A stretch of DNA of 64,000 nt from an uncultured Gemmatimonadales bacterium (GTDB lineage: Bacteria; Gemmatimonadota; Gemmatimonadetes; Gemmatimonadales; Gemmatimonadaceae). Of the stretch, positions 50,379-60,839 are shown piece by piece (the stretch's first letter is position 1; every line of letters starts with the position of its first letter). The notes beneath the pieces were generated by a model. That model searched no databases. It saw nothing but the letters and a program-made list of their open reading frames with translations, and was not told the origin of the DNA. A program made the position numbers and the translations under genes. Location: positions 384,001-448,000 of the forward strand of contig CAWKMU010000003.1 of assembly GCA_963850905.1 (NCBI GenBank). Reading direction: 5' to 3'.

Positions 50379-52237
50379 TGGTCCGTTGACTTCGACGCCG
50401 CTTTGCCCCGTCCCGCCGCGCGCTTCTTTGGCGTCGATTCGCTCGCCGCCGGCGCCGCGCGTTTGGTCCGCGCTCGCCCTCGCTTCGCCGCCGCCGCACG
50501 CCGCGCCGGCGGCGGAGCGCTTGCCGCCACTGCCGGCTCAGTCACGGCGGTTCCATGCGCCGCGGCACCAGGTGTCGGCGTCCGCGACTCCGCATGAGGG
50601 ACGAGCTCGACTGGGTGGTCCAGCGCGTGCCCAGCCTCCTGCGACGGTTCCGACGCGCCTGCCGGCGAGCCGGGCCGCACATCGACGATCCCGACCGAGA
50701 GCAACTCTGCCGGTGGCGCAGCCAGGCGCGCGTGCAACCCGCCACGTCGTACTCCCCGGACACCGAGTCCGCGCGGCGGCGCAGGGCCGGACGCGCCGGC
50801 AGCAGAAGCCGCCGGCCGAGTGTTCGCGGCAGCGGCAGCGTTGAGCTGTTGCGCCACCGGCGCAGCAGCTGCGGCTGGTACGACCTCGTAGTCGTCGCCA
50901 CGACGGCGCAGGTCGATCACGTCCGCATCGTGCGCATCGCGCAGAATTCGCGCGAAGTTCCGCTCGCTCAAGCTCTCGCTGTCGCGTCCGAGGATCTCGA
51001 ACGCCCTGCCGCGAATATCGGACGCGCGTACCGCGTCCTCGCCGTGTTGCAGCGCCGCCACGGCGCGCCGCACGAGGTCGAACGCTTCATCCCGCGTCAG
51101 TCGCTCGCCTGAAACACCGACCGCCGCAGCGGCCTCCTGCTCTCCCTGCTCGACGGGGCTCGTCGCCGGTACGGTCGGAACAGCCGCCACAGCCGGCACC
51201 GCCGCCGCCTCGGCCGGCACGTCAGCGGCCGGACCCGAGTCGCGTGCGGCCCTTGGCTCACGACCACGCCCACGCCCACCCCTCCGACCGCGCCGGCCAC
51301 GCTCTTCATGTGCCTTGGCCTCGCGGTCGGCTGGTGCGGACGCACGCTCTTCGGGCGCACTCGGCGTTGCGGGGGCTGCTGGCGCGCTCTCAGCCGCGCC
51401 CGGTCCCGCGCGAACAGGTCCGACTTCGAGTTGCCCGTTGTCCATCTTCGAGAGCGAGATCAGCCCGCGTTGTGCCGCTTCCTGCACGAAGCGTGAGAAC
51501 TTGGACATCCCGAGGTTCTTCTCGTCGAACGTGCTATCGATGTCCTGCATGACCTGCTTCAACCGATCGGCACGCATAACATCGCCGTTCCGCACCATGC
51601 GCGCGATCGCCTCGCTCACCAGCTCCCACGGGTCGCGCCGTCCTCCAGCGCCCGCTTCATCCTCCCCACCCGCACGCACGAGCCCGGCAAGCGCGTTGTA
51701 GCTGTAGTACTCGTCGCAGTTCATGACCAACAAGTCGCTGGACGACTCGCGAATGCCGACGCCGATCACGTACTTCCCGTACTCCTTGAGCTTGATCACA
51801 AGCGTCGAGAAATCGGAGTCGCCCGAGAGCAGGATGTACGTCCCGATCTCCGGTCGCGTGAACACCAGCTCCAATGCATCGATCGCCAGCCGGATATCGG
51901 TCGCGTTCTTCTTCGATGACCCGTACGCCGGCGCCATGATCATGTCGATCGAGGACTCGGCGAGTGGCGCGACGTACTGCGGGTAGCGGCGCCAGTCGGC
52001 GTAGGCACGCCGCAGCTGAACCTTCCCTTTGATGATGTCCGACGCCAGCAGCGTCCTCAGCTCCGTCTGCAGATCGGAGCGAATCCCCATCGTGACGTTG
52101 TCAAAATCGATGAGGAGCGCTGCGTTGGGCGCGAAGGTGAGTGGGGTCGGGACCGGGATGGGCGGCTGAGCGGACGGTGGACGGTGGACCGCTGGGGCGG
52201 CGCGCGAGGGCGTGTGGCGGGGGGAACGTGAGTTCAT
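50375..52237 (-). CDS. NYN-domain (PIN-like) ribonuclease with OST-HTH/LOTUS domain(s) and low-complexity linkers
   Basis: LLIDFDN, KNATDIRLAID, SGDSDF, CDEY, FDEKNLGMSKFSRF. Confidence 0.88.
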   Translation of the reverse strand: MNSRSPRHTPSRAAPAVHRPPSAQPPIPVPTPLTFAPNAALLIDFDNVTMGIRSDLQTELRTLLASDIIKGKVQLRRAYADWRRYPQYVAPLAESSIDMIMAPAYGSSKKNATDIRLAIDALELVFTRPEIGTYILLSGDSDFSTLVIKLKEYGKYVIGVGIRESSSDLLVMNCDEYYSYNALAGLVRAGGEDEAGAGGRRDPWELVSEAIARMVRNGDVMRADRLKQVMQDIDSTFDEKNLGMSKFSRFVQEAAQRGLISLSKMDNGQLEVGPVRAGPGAAESAPAAPATPSAPEERASAPADREAKAHEERGRRGRRGGRGRGREPRAARDSGPAADVPAEAAAVPAVAAVPTVPATSPVEQGEQEAAAAVGVSGERLTRDEAFDLVRRAVAALQHGEDAVRASDIRGRAFEILGRDSESLSERNFARILRDAHDADVIDLRRRGDDYEVVPAAAAAPVAQQLNAAAAANTRPAASAAGASGPAPPRGLGVRGVRRGGLHARLAAPPAELLSVGIVDVRPGSPAGASEPSQEAGHALDHPVELVPHAESRTPTPGAAAHGTAVTEPAVAASAPPPARRAAAAKRGRARTKRAAPAASESTPKKRAAGRGKAASKSTDQ

Positions 52238-52419
52238 GTGTCGCTAGGGATTCGGAGCGCGCGCTGCGCCAAACCTACACCCGGCGGGGGCACGCAAAAC
52301 CGGTGCACCCAGGAACAAGCGCGGCCTCCTCAGTATACCCGGAAATGTACGCGGGGGCTGGGACGGGGGTAAGGGACAGCAACCTACTAGGTGGCACAGT
52401 CGGGCAGTATACTGGACCC

Positions 52420-53796
52420 ATGGCACCACCGCGGTTTCGTACGCGCTTGTTCCTCACGCTGTCGCTGTTTGCGGTACTCCCAGCGGCCATTCTGACGCTG
52501 CTCTGGGCTGCAACATTGAGTACCGCGCTGCCGTTGCTGAGCGGCAGCGATGCGTGGGATCGCGTGGCCGCGAGCGGAGAGCGGGCGTTCGCCAGCGCGC
52601 GCTCGGAGGCGCTGACACCCGCGACGCGCACCGCGCTGGCTGCGCATGAGCAGGAGCTGGCGGCGTCGGTGACGCAAGCACGACGGTACCGGTATCTGGC
52701 GGTGCGCGCGGTGCCGATCGTCCTCGTGGTCGCCGCCGGCGCGCTCCTCCTGCTCGCGATCATCGCGTCGCGCGTGGCAGGACACCTCGCGAGGCAACTC
52801 AGCCGCCCGCTCGATGAGCTCGTGGGATGGACGGATCGCATCGCGCACGCGTTGCCTCTGCCGGTGACACCGCCACGGAGGGGCGCACCCGAGTTCGAAG
52901 TGCTGCGCCGCCGGATGCGCGCGATGGCCACGGATCTGGATGCCGGCCGCGCACGGGACCTGGAAGCCGAGCGGCTCCGCGCCTTCCGCGAAACCGCCCG
53001 CCAGGTGGCACATGAGTTGAAGAACCCGCTGACGCCCATCCGTCTCGCGGTCGGCCGCCTGCAGCGCGAGGCTCCCCCGATGCTACGTGATACGGTCGAC
53101 GTCTTGGCGACCGAGTCCGCTCGTTTGGAGGAGATGGCGCGGAGCTTTTCACAGTTCGGCAGGCTGCCAGAGGGACCGGCAGCGGACATCGACGTCGGTG
53201 AGATGGCCCGGTACACCACGCGAGCAGCCGTGCCCTCTCACATACCGGTCTCGGTCGAGGTCGATCCGGGAGTGCCACTCGTTCGCGGTCACTACGACAC
53301 GCTGGCGCGCGCGCTCACCAACGTGCTCCTCAACGCCTGCGACGCCTGTGCGCAGGGTGGGACCATCGAGGTCCACGTCACCGGAGCGACCTTGAACGCG
53401 GCAGGCACCACCGACGCCGTTCGGATCCTCGTCCGGGACGGAGGGACCGGCATCCCGGCAGACCGCGTGGCGCACGTGTGGGAGCCCTATGTGACGAACA
53501 AGCCGGGCGGCACGGGCCTGGGCTTGGCGATTACCCGCCAGGCCGTTGAGGCGCACGCGGGCCGCGTCGAGCTGACAAGTGTCGTGGGTCAAGGCACCGA
53601 CGTGTCGTTCACCCTGCCGGCCGCCCCCGCCGCGTCTGCCACGGCCAACGGAGCGGCACTCGCCGACCCGTCGCGCTCGGGCGTTGCGGCGTCGCCGGCC
53701 GAACCGTCGTCAGCGGTGACGTCCGAGCGCTCTCCACGTGATCCACAGCCCCGCCCAGGAACCGCCGGACGCCGCGTTGGCGGAGCAATGTCGTAA
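52420..53796 (+). CDS. Membrane sensor histidine kinase (NtrY-like HisKA/HATPase)
   Basis: Two TM segments, ARQVAHELKNPLTP, NVLLNA, DGGTG, GTGLGL. Confidence 0.92.
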   Translation: MAPPRFRTRLFLTLSLFAVLPAAILTLLWAATLSTALPLLSGSDAWDRVAASGERAFASARSEALTPATRTALAAHEQELAASVTQARRYRYLAVRAVPIVLVVAAGALLLLAIIASRVAGHLARQLSRPLDELVGWTDRIAHALPLPVTPPRRGAPEFEVLRRRMRAMATDLDAGRARDLEAERLRAFRETARQVAHELKNPLTPIRLAVGRLQREAPPMLRDTVDVLATESARLEEMARSFSQFGRLPEGPAADIDVGEMARYTTRAAVPSHIPVSVEVDPGVPLVRGHYDTLARALTNVLLNACDACAQGGTIEVHVTGATLNAAGTTDAVRILVRDGGTGIPADRVAHVWEPYVTNKPGGTGLGLAITRQAVEAHAGRVELTSVVGQGTDVSFTLPAAPAASATANGAALADPSRSGVAASPAEPSSAVTSERSPRDPQPRPGTAGRRVGGAMS

Positions 53797-56700
53797 TGGC
53801 ATCCGTCCTGATCGTCGACGATGAGCAGAACATTCGCCGCATGCTCGGCGCGTTGCTCATCGCCGAAGGGCACGAAGTGCGCGACGCACCTACCGGAGTG
53901 GCCGCGGTCGCCGCCGCAAAGGACGCCGCGCCAGATGTCGTGCTGCTCGATCTCATGATGCCAGGGCCGCTCGACGGCTTGGGGACGCTGGCCCAGCTCC
54001 GCGAGAACGACTCCGATCTCCCCGTCATCATGATGAGTGGGCGGGCCGGGTTGAGTGACGCGGTGCGTGCGACCAAGCTCGGAGCGTTCAACTTTCTCGA
54101 GAAACCGCTGTCGCCCGAATCGGTGCTGCTGGCCATCTCCGCCGCATTCGACCTCCGACAGGCACGGGCCGCGGCCAAAACGCTGCGTGTGGAGCTCGGA
54201 CTCGACGGCCCACTCGTCGGCGCAAGCGCCCCAATGCGACGAGTCGCCGAGCTGATGGCGCGCGTCGCACCCAGCGACTCCGGAGTGCTGATCACCGGCG
54301 AGTCGGGGACCGGCAAGGAGCTCGTCGCCGCCGCGATTCATGCCGGGAGCCGGCGACGGGACCGCCCCTTCGTTCGGGTCAATTGCGCCGCCATTCCGCG
54401 TGACCTCGTCGAAAGCGAGATGTTCGGACACGAGCGAGGTGCCTTTACCGGCGCGACCGACCGCCGCATCGGCCGGTTCGAGTTGGCGCACACCGGCACG
54501 CTCTTTCTCGACGAGGTCGGCGACCTGGGAGCGGAAGCGCAGGCCAAGTTGTTGCGCGCCATCGATGCGAAGGAAATCGAGCGTGTCGGAGGAACGCGCA
54601 CCATCCGTACGGACTTGCGGATCGTTGCGGCGACCAACAAGGACCTGCCCAGAGCGGTCGCCGAGGGCGGCTTTCGGGAAGATCTATATTTCCGCATAGC
54701 GGTTATCCCCATCGCCCTACCGCCCCTGCGTGACCGGTCGACCGATATCCCAGCACTCGTTCAACACTTCACCACGCTCCACCGAGCCCGCACGGGACGC
54801 GCCGTTCGCGGATGGAGTGACGACGCACTGCGTGTGCTCACGACGTATCGCTGGCCCGGCAACGTTCGCGAGCTCGCAAACATCGTCGAGCGCATCACGA
54901 TCCTGCACGCCAACGACCTCGTGACCGAGGACGACGTGCTCGCTGTGCTGCCCCTCGAGAACAGTACGGAGCCTGCGTGGTGGCGAGGCGATGTCGCATC
55001 GGCAACGGCGTGGCCGCGGGAGGCCGACGCGCGCCCGCGTCAGACCGCGCACGATGGCGCACACGGGCACGCGGCGACCCTGCCGACCGACACGGCGCGC
55101 GATGGAACCCGCCTCACGGCCCCGACCTCGGCGGACCCTCAGATCCCACTCGCCGACGCGCTCGACGCCTACGAGCGCCAGTTGATCGCGGAGGCGCTGA
55201 CGGACACGCAGGGCAATGTCACCGAGGCCGCTCGGCGCCTGCAGACTGATCGGCCCAATCTCTACCGCCGCATGCGGCGACTCGGCATCGCGCTCGGTGT
55301 GGTCCTCGCGTGCGCGCTCGCCATTACGGGAGCACTCGGCCTCACACCTGGGCGCGCCGCCGCCCAACGCCCGGACACCGCGGCCAGTAGTCAAAGTACG
55401 CCGCAGGTCCAGGAGGTGCCATCGTCAGCCGCCGCGTCTGGGGACTCGAGTGCGACATCAAACAACAGCGACACCACCGCGCTGGGCCACGCCGACACGG
55501 CGAGTCGCGCGGACAGTACGCCGCCGAGCGGCGATGCGTGGTGGCGTCGATGGCTGCTCCCGTCACATCCACCGAACTACGTCTCGTTCTCGCTCACCTC
55601 TGCCCACACCTACAACCGCGTCGAGGGCTTCCCGATCTATGCCGGCCCGACCGGGCGGCGAGTCTTTCCCTGGGGAAGCGTGTCGGGCGAGGCATACGGG
55701 ATCCTGCGCATTTCCGACAAGCTGCGCTGGGACGATGACCATATTGGAAGCGCTCTACACGGCCAGGTCACGGTCAACGCAGGGCCCGACCGCTCGTTCG
55801 CGGTCGGCGCACGCGTCTACGACGAGATCGACCCGGTCGAGTCCTGGCAGCTCTCGGACGCCGAAGTCGGCCTCGCCACCCTCTTTCTGCACCGCGACTA
55901 CGAAGACTACTTCGGCCGGCACGGGGCCATGGGGTACGTGGCGTTCAACCTCAACGCGAGTACCTCCTTCTCGCTCTCGTACTCCGACGAGCGCTGGGCC
56001 TCGCGCCCCGACCGCGACCCGTTCTCGGTGTTTCGCAACACCGCGGAGTGGCGCTTCAATCCAAACGTCGACGACGGACTGTTCCGCATCGCCGGCGCTC
56101 ATTTCGGGTTCGATACCCGCAACGACGAGACCGACCCGTGGGCCGGGTGGTACGTCTCCGCCGACCTCGAAGAAGGAGCCGGCGTGGTGACGAGCTTCGG
56201 CCCACGCACGGATGGAACAACCCCCATCGCGCCGGCCGGCGGAGCGAATGTCTTTTATACCCGCGGCTTCCTCGATGCACGGCGCTATAATCGGGTCGGC
56301 CCGACCGAGCAGCTCAACCTGCGACTCGTCCTCGCGGGCTGGCTCGCCGGCGATCAGTTGCCGCTGGAGCAACGCTTCTCGATGGGCGGCGCAGGCACGC
56401 TCCCCGGTTTTGATTTCCGGAATCCGGGCGCGGGCGCGGATGTGGCGACGTGCTCTGCCGGATCCCTGGTGCCGCCCGGTGCGCCCGCCCAATGCGAGCG
56501 CATCGCGCTTGCGCAGGTGGAATTCCGGCACGACCTGCGGGTCGGCCTCGCGGATCTCGTGCGCGGTGTGCCGCTCGACGGTGCGTGGATTCTCTTCGCC
56601 GACGCCGGTCGGGGGTGGCTCGTTGGTACGCCCGATGGATCAGTGACCTACCATGCGTCCACGCTGCCCCCGCTGGCCACCTTCCGGACCGACGCCGGTG

Positions 56701-56810
56701 TGGGCCTGGCGCTCGGGCCGTTCGGTTTCTACGTCGCGCAACCGATCTCGCCGTGGACCGGGGGCGCCGGCGGCCCGCGCTTCGTCATCCGCCTACAGCA
56801 ACGGTTCTGA
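53796..56810 (+). CDS. Sigma-54 response regulator (REC-AAA+-HTH) in frame with a signal peptide and an Omp85/BamA-TamA-like beta-barrel
   Basis: REC (LIVDD, LLD, KP), GESGTGKE, GAFTGA, LFLDE, WPGNVREL, Fis-type HTH. Then a hydrophobic segment ending RAAA|Q, followed by YNRVEG, FDTRN, QRFSMGGAGTLPGF, LFADAG and terminal IRLQQRF. Confidence 0.85.
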   Translation: MASVLIVDDEQNIRRMLGALLIAEGHEVRDAPTGVAAVAAAKDAAPDVVLLDLMMPGPLDGLGTLAQLRENDSDLPVIMMSGRAGLSDAVRATKLGAFNFLEKPLSPESVLLAISAAFDLRQARAAAKTLRVELGLDGPLVGASAPMRRVAELMARVAPSDSGVLITGESGTGKELVAAAIHAGSRRRDRPFVRVNCAAIPRDLVESEMFGHERGAFTGATDRRIGRFELAHTGTLFLDEVGDLGAEAQAKLLRAIDAKEIERVGGTRTIRTDLRIVAATNKDLPRAVAEGGFREDLYFRIAVIPIALPPLRDRSTDIPALVQHFTTLHRARTGRAVRGWSDDALRVLTTYRWPGNVRELANIVERITILHANDLVTEDDVLAVLPLENSTEPAWWRGDVASATAWPREADARPRQTAHDGAHGHAATLPTDTARDGTRLTAPTSADPQIPLADALDAYERQLIAEALTDTQGNVTEAARRLQTDRPNLYRRMRRLGIALGVVLACALAITGALGLTPGRAAAQRPDTAASSQSTPQVQEVPSSAAASGDSSATSNNSDTTALGHADTASRADSTPPSGDAWWRRWLLPSHPPNYVSFSLTSAHTYNRVEGFPIYAGPTGRRVFPWGSVSGEAYGILRISDKLRWDDDHIGSALHGQVTVNAGPDRSFAVGARVYDEIDPVESWQLSDAEVGLATLFLHRDYEDYFGRHGAMGYVAFNLNASTSFSLSYSDERWASRPDRDPFSVFRNTAEWRFNPNVDDGLFRIAGAHFGFDTRNDETDPWAGWYVSADLEEGAGVVTSFGPRTDGTTPIAPAGGANVFYTRGFLDARRYNRVGPTEQLNLRLVLAGWLAGDQLPLEQRFSMGGAGTLPGFDFRNPGAGADVATCSAGSLVPPGAPAQCERIALAQVEFRHDLRVGLADLVRGVPLDGAWILFADAGRGWLVGTPDGSVTYHASTLPPLATFRTDAGVGLALGPFGFYVAQPISPWTGGAGGPRFVIRLQQRF

Positions 56811-56812
56811 CG

Positions 56813-57514
56813 ATGCGCGCCAGGTTGATCACCGCCACCATGCTAGCCCTGCTCGCGGCAGCCACGCCAGCGCACGGCCAGCATCCGCGCGTGGCCCTCG
56901 ATCTGCCCCCCACAGCAGATACGTTGGCCCCTGGAGCCGGAACCACGGGAGAGGCCGGGAGCTTCGGCCCCACCGGCCCCATCGTCATCGGCCCGACCGT
57001 GCGAGCAATCGACGTGCTGTCGGACGGCCAGACGCGCGACTTGCTGCGCAACGGCTTCCCCGCCCGACTCCACTATCGCTTGGAATTGTGGCGTCAAAAT
57101 GGAGTCTTCAGCGCCATCGACAATACCAAGGAATGGGATGTCATCGTACGATTCGATCCGCTGACCAAGCGATTCCGTGCGGCGCGAGTGACCGGCGACA
57201 CGGCCACGGTCTTCGGCGATTTCCCGCAGTTCCCGGCGCTCGCCTCGGCGATGGCCGCGCCCTTCGTCGTCCCGCTCGTACCGAAGCGCCGCGGCGGCCG
57301 GTATTTCTACAACGTGGTCCTCGATGTGGAGATGCTGTCCCTCAGTGATCTCGATGAAGTCGAACACTGGCTGCGCGGCGAGTTGCGGCCCGCCGTCCAG
57401 GGCAAACGGAACCCCGCCGGCGTCGTCGGCCGCGGACTCCGCACGCTCTTCGTCCGCCTCCTCGGCGCCGAGCGCCGTCACTATGAGGTGCGATCGAAGG
57501 AGTTCAAAGGGTAG
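56813..57514 (+). CDS. Exported protein, DUF4390-like
   Basis: Signal peptide (AHG|Q), LLRNGFPARLHYRLELWR, VRFDPLTKRF. The family call comes from motif recollection and proximity to an NtrY/X-like pair. Confidence 0.55.
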   Translation: MRARLITATMLALLAAATPAHGQHPRVALDLPPTADTLAPGAGTTGEAGSFGPTGPIVIGPTVRAIDVLSDGQTRDLLRNGFPARLHYRLELWRQNGVFSAIDNTKEWDVIVRFDPLTKRFRAARVTGDTATVFGDFPQFPALASAMAAPFVVPLVPKRRGGRYFYNVVLDVEMLSLSDLDEVEHWLRGELRPAVQGKRNPAGVVGRGLRTLFVRLLGAERRHYEVRSKEFKG

Positions 57515-57778
57515 GGGCGACGCCATGCGTCGCCCGGCGTGCGGGGATTCGACACCTGATTCGGCGGCGATCGGAACGCCGACCTGCCGACACCATGCCT
57601 TGATCTACCAGCGGCGACGACACGCGACGACGAAAAAGGGCGGCCTAAAGGCCGCCCCTACATGTCGGATCGACGGTGACACTCCCAGCGAGCCGTACCG
57701 ACGATTGCAATTACGGGTCGATGAATCTGGTTCTTATGCTGCCCGCAGCGACATGTAGGGGCGGGCTTCAGCCCGCCC
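57511..57778. repeat. Three GTAG-REPs in alternating orientation (57511-57535 +, 57638-57661 -, 57755-57778 +)
   Basis: GTAG-GGGCG...CGCCC palindromes. The last two share the 14-bp inverted flank GCCCCTACATGTCG/CGACATGTAGGGGC. Confidence 0.82.
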
Positions 57779-57831
57779 ACCTTGCCGAATCGTCGCTGTT
57801 GTGGTTCCAGACCCCTGACCCCCGTTAAGCC

Positions 57832-58420
57832 TCACCCCACCGCCCGAATCACCTTCCGCTGTTCCAGTTCCTCCAACTGGTGCAACGTCTCCGCCCCGTA
57901 GAACAACTTGATGTACCGCGCTTGGGTGGGCGTGAGACGGCGCACCGCCCAGCTCAGATGCACGAAGTGCGGCTCCACGGGCAGCGTGAGCGGATGCATG
58001 CCGATCTCCTCGGGGAGGCGATTGGCCTTCCGCGTGTTGCAGGGCGCGCACGCGGTCACGACGTTGCTCCAGTCGTTCGTGCCGCCCCGGGAGAGCGGAA
58101 TCGAGATGATCGCGCGTCAAGCCCTCGCGCGGCTTCAAGTCAGCCGCGGAGCGCCCGCAGTACTGGCAGCGATAGCGATCGCGCGCGAAGAGGAACGTGT
58201 TGGTCACCTGGCGGCGGAACCGGCGGGGCACGTGGATGAACTTCGTGAGGCGGATCACGACCGGGCGCGGCAACGTCAGACGCTCGGACCGCACCACTCG
58301 CTCAGCGTCGCACTCGACGACTTCGGCCTTGCCATCAATCACCAGGCGCAGTGCTCGCCGCATCGGCACCATCGTGAGCGGCTCGAATGACGCGTTGAGC
58401 GCCAGACACCCGGCGATCAC
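57832..58420 (-). CDS. HNH endonuclease (McrA-like; frameshift near 58105)
   Basis: LALNASFEPL, FARDRYRCQYCG, TRDH, then in the second frame VTACAPCNTRK. Confidence 0.87.
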
Positions 58421-58443
58421 ACGCACTCCGGCCGCGCCCGCGG

Positions 58444-59387
58444 TCATCTCGCGGCGACAGCGGGCTCGGGAACCGGCTGTCAGCCACCCGTACGGATCGG
58501 GGTAGCGCCCGCGGGCAATGCCGAGATACCGGTCCTGCACAGCTTTGCTGATCGGGCCCTGGCTTGCCTTCGCCGACCTGAATGTGGTCGACCGACCGGA
58601 CCGGCGTGATCTCCGCGGCCGTGCCGCTGAAGAAAATCTCGTCGGCCATGTACAGGAACTCGCGCGGGATCAGCTGCTCCCGCACGTCGTGCCCCAGATC
58701 CGCGACGAGCCGCATCACCGTGTCGCGTGTGATCCCACCGAGGATGCCGGCCGACATGGGCGGCGTATAGACGACCCCTTCGCGCACGACGAAGATATTC
58801 TCGCCAGTGCCCTCGGAAACGAAGCCGGCCGCATCGAGCATGATCCCCTCGACGTACCCATTGGCTCGTGCCTCCATGAGCGACAACTGGCCATTCAGAT
58901 AGTTCCCGCCGGCCTTCGCCAGGGTCGGGAACGTGTCCGGTGCCGCGCGTCTCCAACTGGACACACAGACATCGACGCCTCTGGCCAACGCATCGTCACC
59001 GAGATACTGGCCCCACTTCCATGCGATGATGAACGTCTCGATCGTCCCTGGCTTGTCCTCGGGAAGCACCCCCATCCGTTCCCCGGTCCGGATCACGACC
59101 GGGCGAAGGTAGCACTCCTCGAGATCATTGGCGGCTACCGTGTCCACGCACGCCTGGATCAACGCGTCGATCGTGTACGGCAGCGGCATGCGATAAATGC
59201 GCGAGGAATCGACGAGACGCCGGACGTGGTCGCGCAGGCGAAAGATCGCCCCGCCCTGTGGAGTCTTGTAGCAGCGGAGACCCTCGAAGACGCTGGACCC
59301 GTAGTGCACGACGTGACTGAGCACGTGGATCGTGGCGTCGGGCCAGTCCACGAAGTGGCCATCCCGCCAAATCTTTTGGGTGCGCAT
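58444..59387 (-). CDS. ilvE: Branched-chain amino acid aminotransferase (frameshifts near the 3' end)
   Basis: HYGSSVFEG, YLRP, KAGGNY, EGTGENIF, LGGITR, SGTAAEITP. The C-terminus QDRYLGI...GWLT is in another frame. Confidence 0.9.
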
Positions 59388-59396
59388 CGTCCAAAG

Positions 59397-60748
59397 TTAA
59401 CGTGCGGGCAAGCGCTGGCGCCACGCCACGAGAGCGGCGGCGGACGCCGCGACACGCGAACGCAAATCGGCCGTGTCGACGCCCTGCAGGCACCCGTCGC
59501 GCACGAGCTCCCGACCTGCGACCGTGACCAGGATGGCGGGCCGGCCGGCCGCAGCGAGCGCTGCGTCCCAGGGATCCTCGGTGGCCAGCAGCCGGTCCGA
59601 CCCGAGTGGAAAGGCCGCCAGGTCAGCCTCTTTGCCCGGTTCCAGCGTACCCACGCGCGCCTCGAGTCCCAGGGCGCGCGCACCCCCGACGGTCGCCAGT
59701 GTCACGGCGTCCGCGCTCGAGAGCGCGGTCGGATCGGTTGAGGCGCGCGCGCTGCTGGAGTAGCGCCTGCCGCCCCTCCGCCAGGATGTCGAGGCGGTCA
59801 TTGCTCGCCAGCGAATCAGACCCGAGGCCTACGATCACACCCGCATCGAGCATCTCGCGCAACGGCGCCATGCCGTGGCCCAGGATCGCGTTGGACGTGG
59901 GGCAATGGGCCACCGGACACCCGTATTCGGCAATGAACGCGATGTCCGTTTCGTCGACCCGTACGCAGTGAATGAGCAACGGCCGCGCCAGCACGACGCC
60001 CAACTCGACGAGCAGGTGTACCGGCGAGTGCGACCGGCGGACCACCGGTAATCCCGCGTGCACGCAAGCCGTCTGCAAACGGGCCGTCCCCTTCGCGCAG
60101 AAACCGCATCTCCGCATCGCTCTCGGCCAGGTGGATCGCGACCGGCATGCCGGCGCCAATGCGCAAACGCGACGGCGTCGATCAGCAAGTCCTCGTGCAC
60201 CGTGTACGGCGCGTGCGGTGATACACCGAGCCGCACGAGGTCGGATCTCCCAGGGACGCAGCGCATCGATCTGGGCGCGCAGCGTCGCGAGCGCGGATTC
60301 GCGCTGCGTCGGGCGAGGGCCCGAAGATTTCCTGGTACATGATGCCTCGCACATGCATCTCGTTGAGCGCCTGGACCACGACGCCCGAGGCCGACGTGTC
60401 CGCGTACGTAGTGATACCCGCCACCAGCCCTTCGACGATCCCCCACCTCGCCCGTCCAGCATCGAGGCGTCGGTCAACACCGCCGACCGCGCCTCGCGTG
60501 AGCGTACGGATCCACGGGACGAACGGCATACCGTCGAGCAGCCCACGCATCGCCGTCAGCTCGAGGTGCGTGTGGGCATTGACGAGACCCGGCATCAACA
60601 CCGCGTCGCCCAGATCGACGTCCTCGCCGGCCGGTGCGTGCTGCGCGCTGCCCGACGTACGCGATTTGCCGGCCCGCGACCTCACCGTGCCGTCGCGCAC
60701 CGGATGGCTCGCAACCGGGAGGACCCAGCGGGCGTGGTAGTTGATCAT
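59397..60748 (-). CDS. Amidohydrolase (MTA/SAH-deaminase-like), multiply frameshifted
   Basis: Fragments in successive frames: PGLVNAHTHLE, SPHAPYT, IHLAES, IHCV, HCPTSN, LGSDS, GTLEPGKEADL. Confidence 0.82.
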
Positions 60749-60839
60749 CGACGACGCGTCGCGCCGCTGACTTCCGACATGCCTCGTGCGCGGTCATTGG
60801 CCGGAAGCAGCGGAAACGACGCAATCTGGCCATGGCCCT

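Noticed and set aside
52390..52410. Sigma-54 -24/-12 promoter (TGGCAC...) upstream of the kinase; similar hits at 7363 and 12561
   Set aside because: The GG-to-GC spacing or the -12 element does not match the strict consensus.
50375..58420. NYN nuclease and HNH nuclease as an anti-phage defence island
   Set aside because: Both are common stand-alone families in a housekeeping context, are not adjacent, and have no defence-associated partners.
57734..58540. IlvE C-terminus/HNH fusion ORF
   Set aside because: Produced by indels near 58555 and 58478. Correcting them ends ilvE at TGA ~58444, separate from the HNH GTG at 58420.
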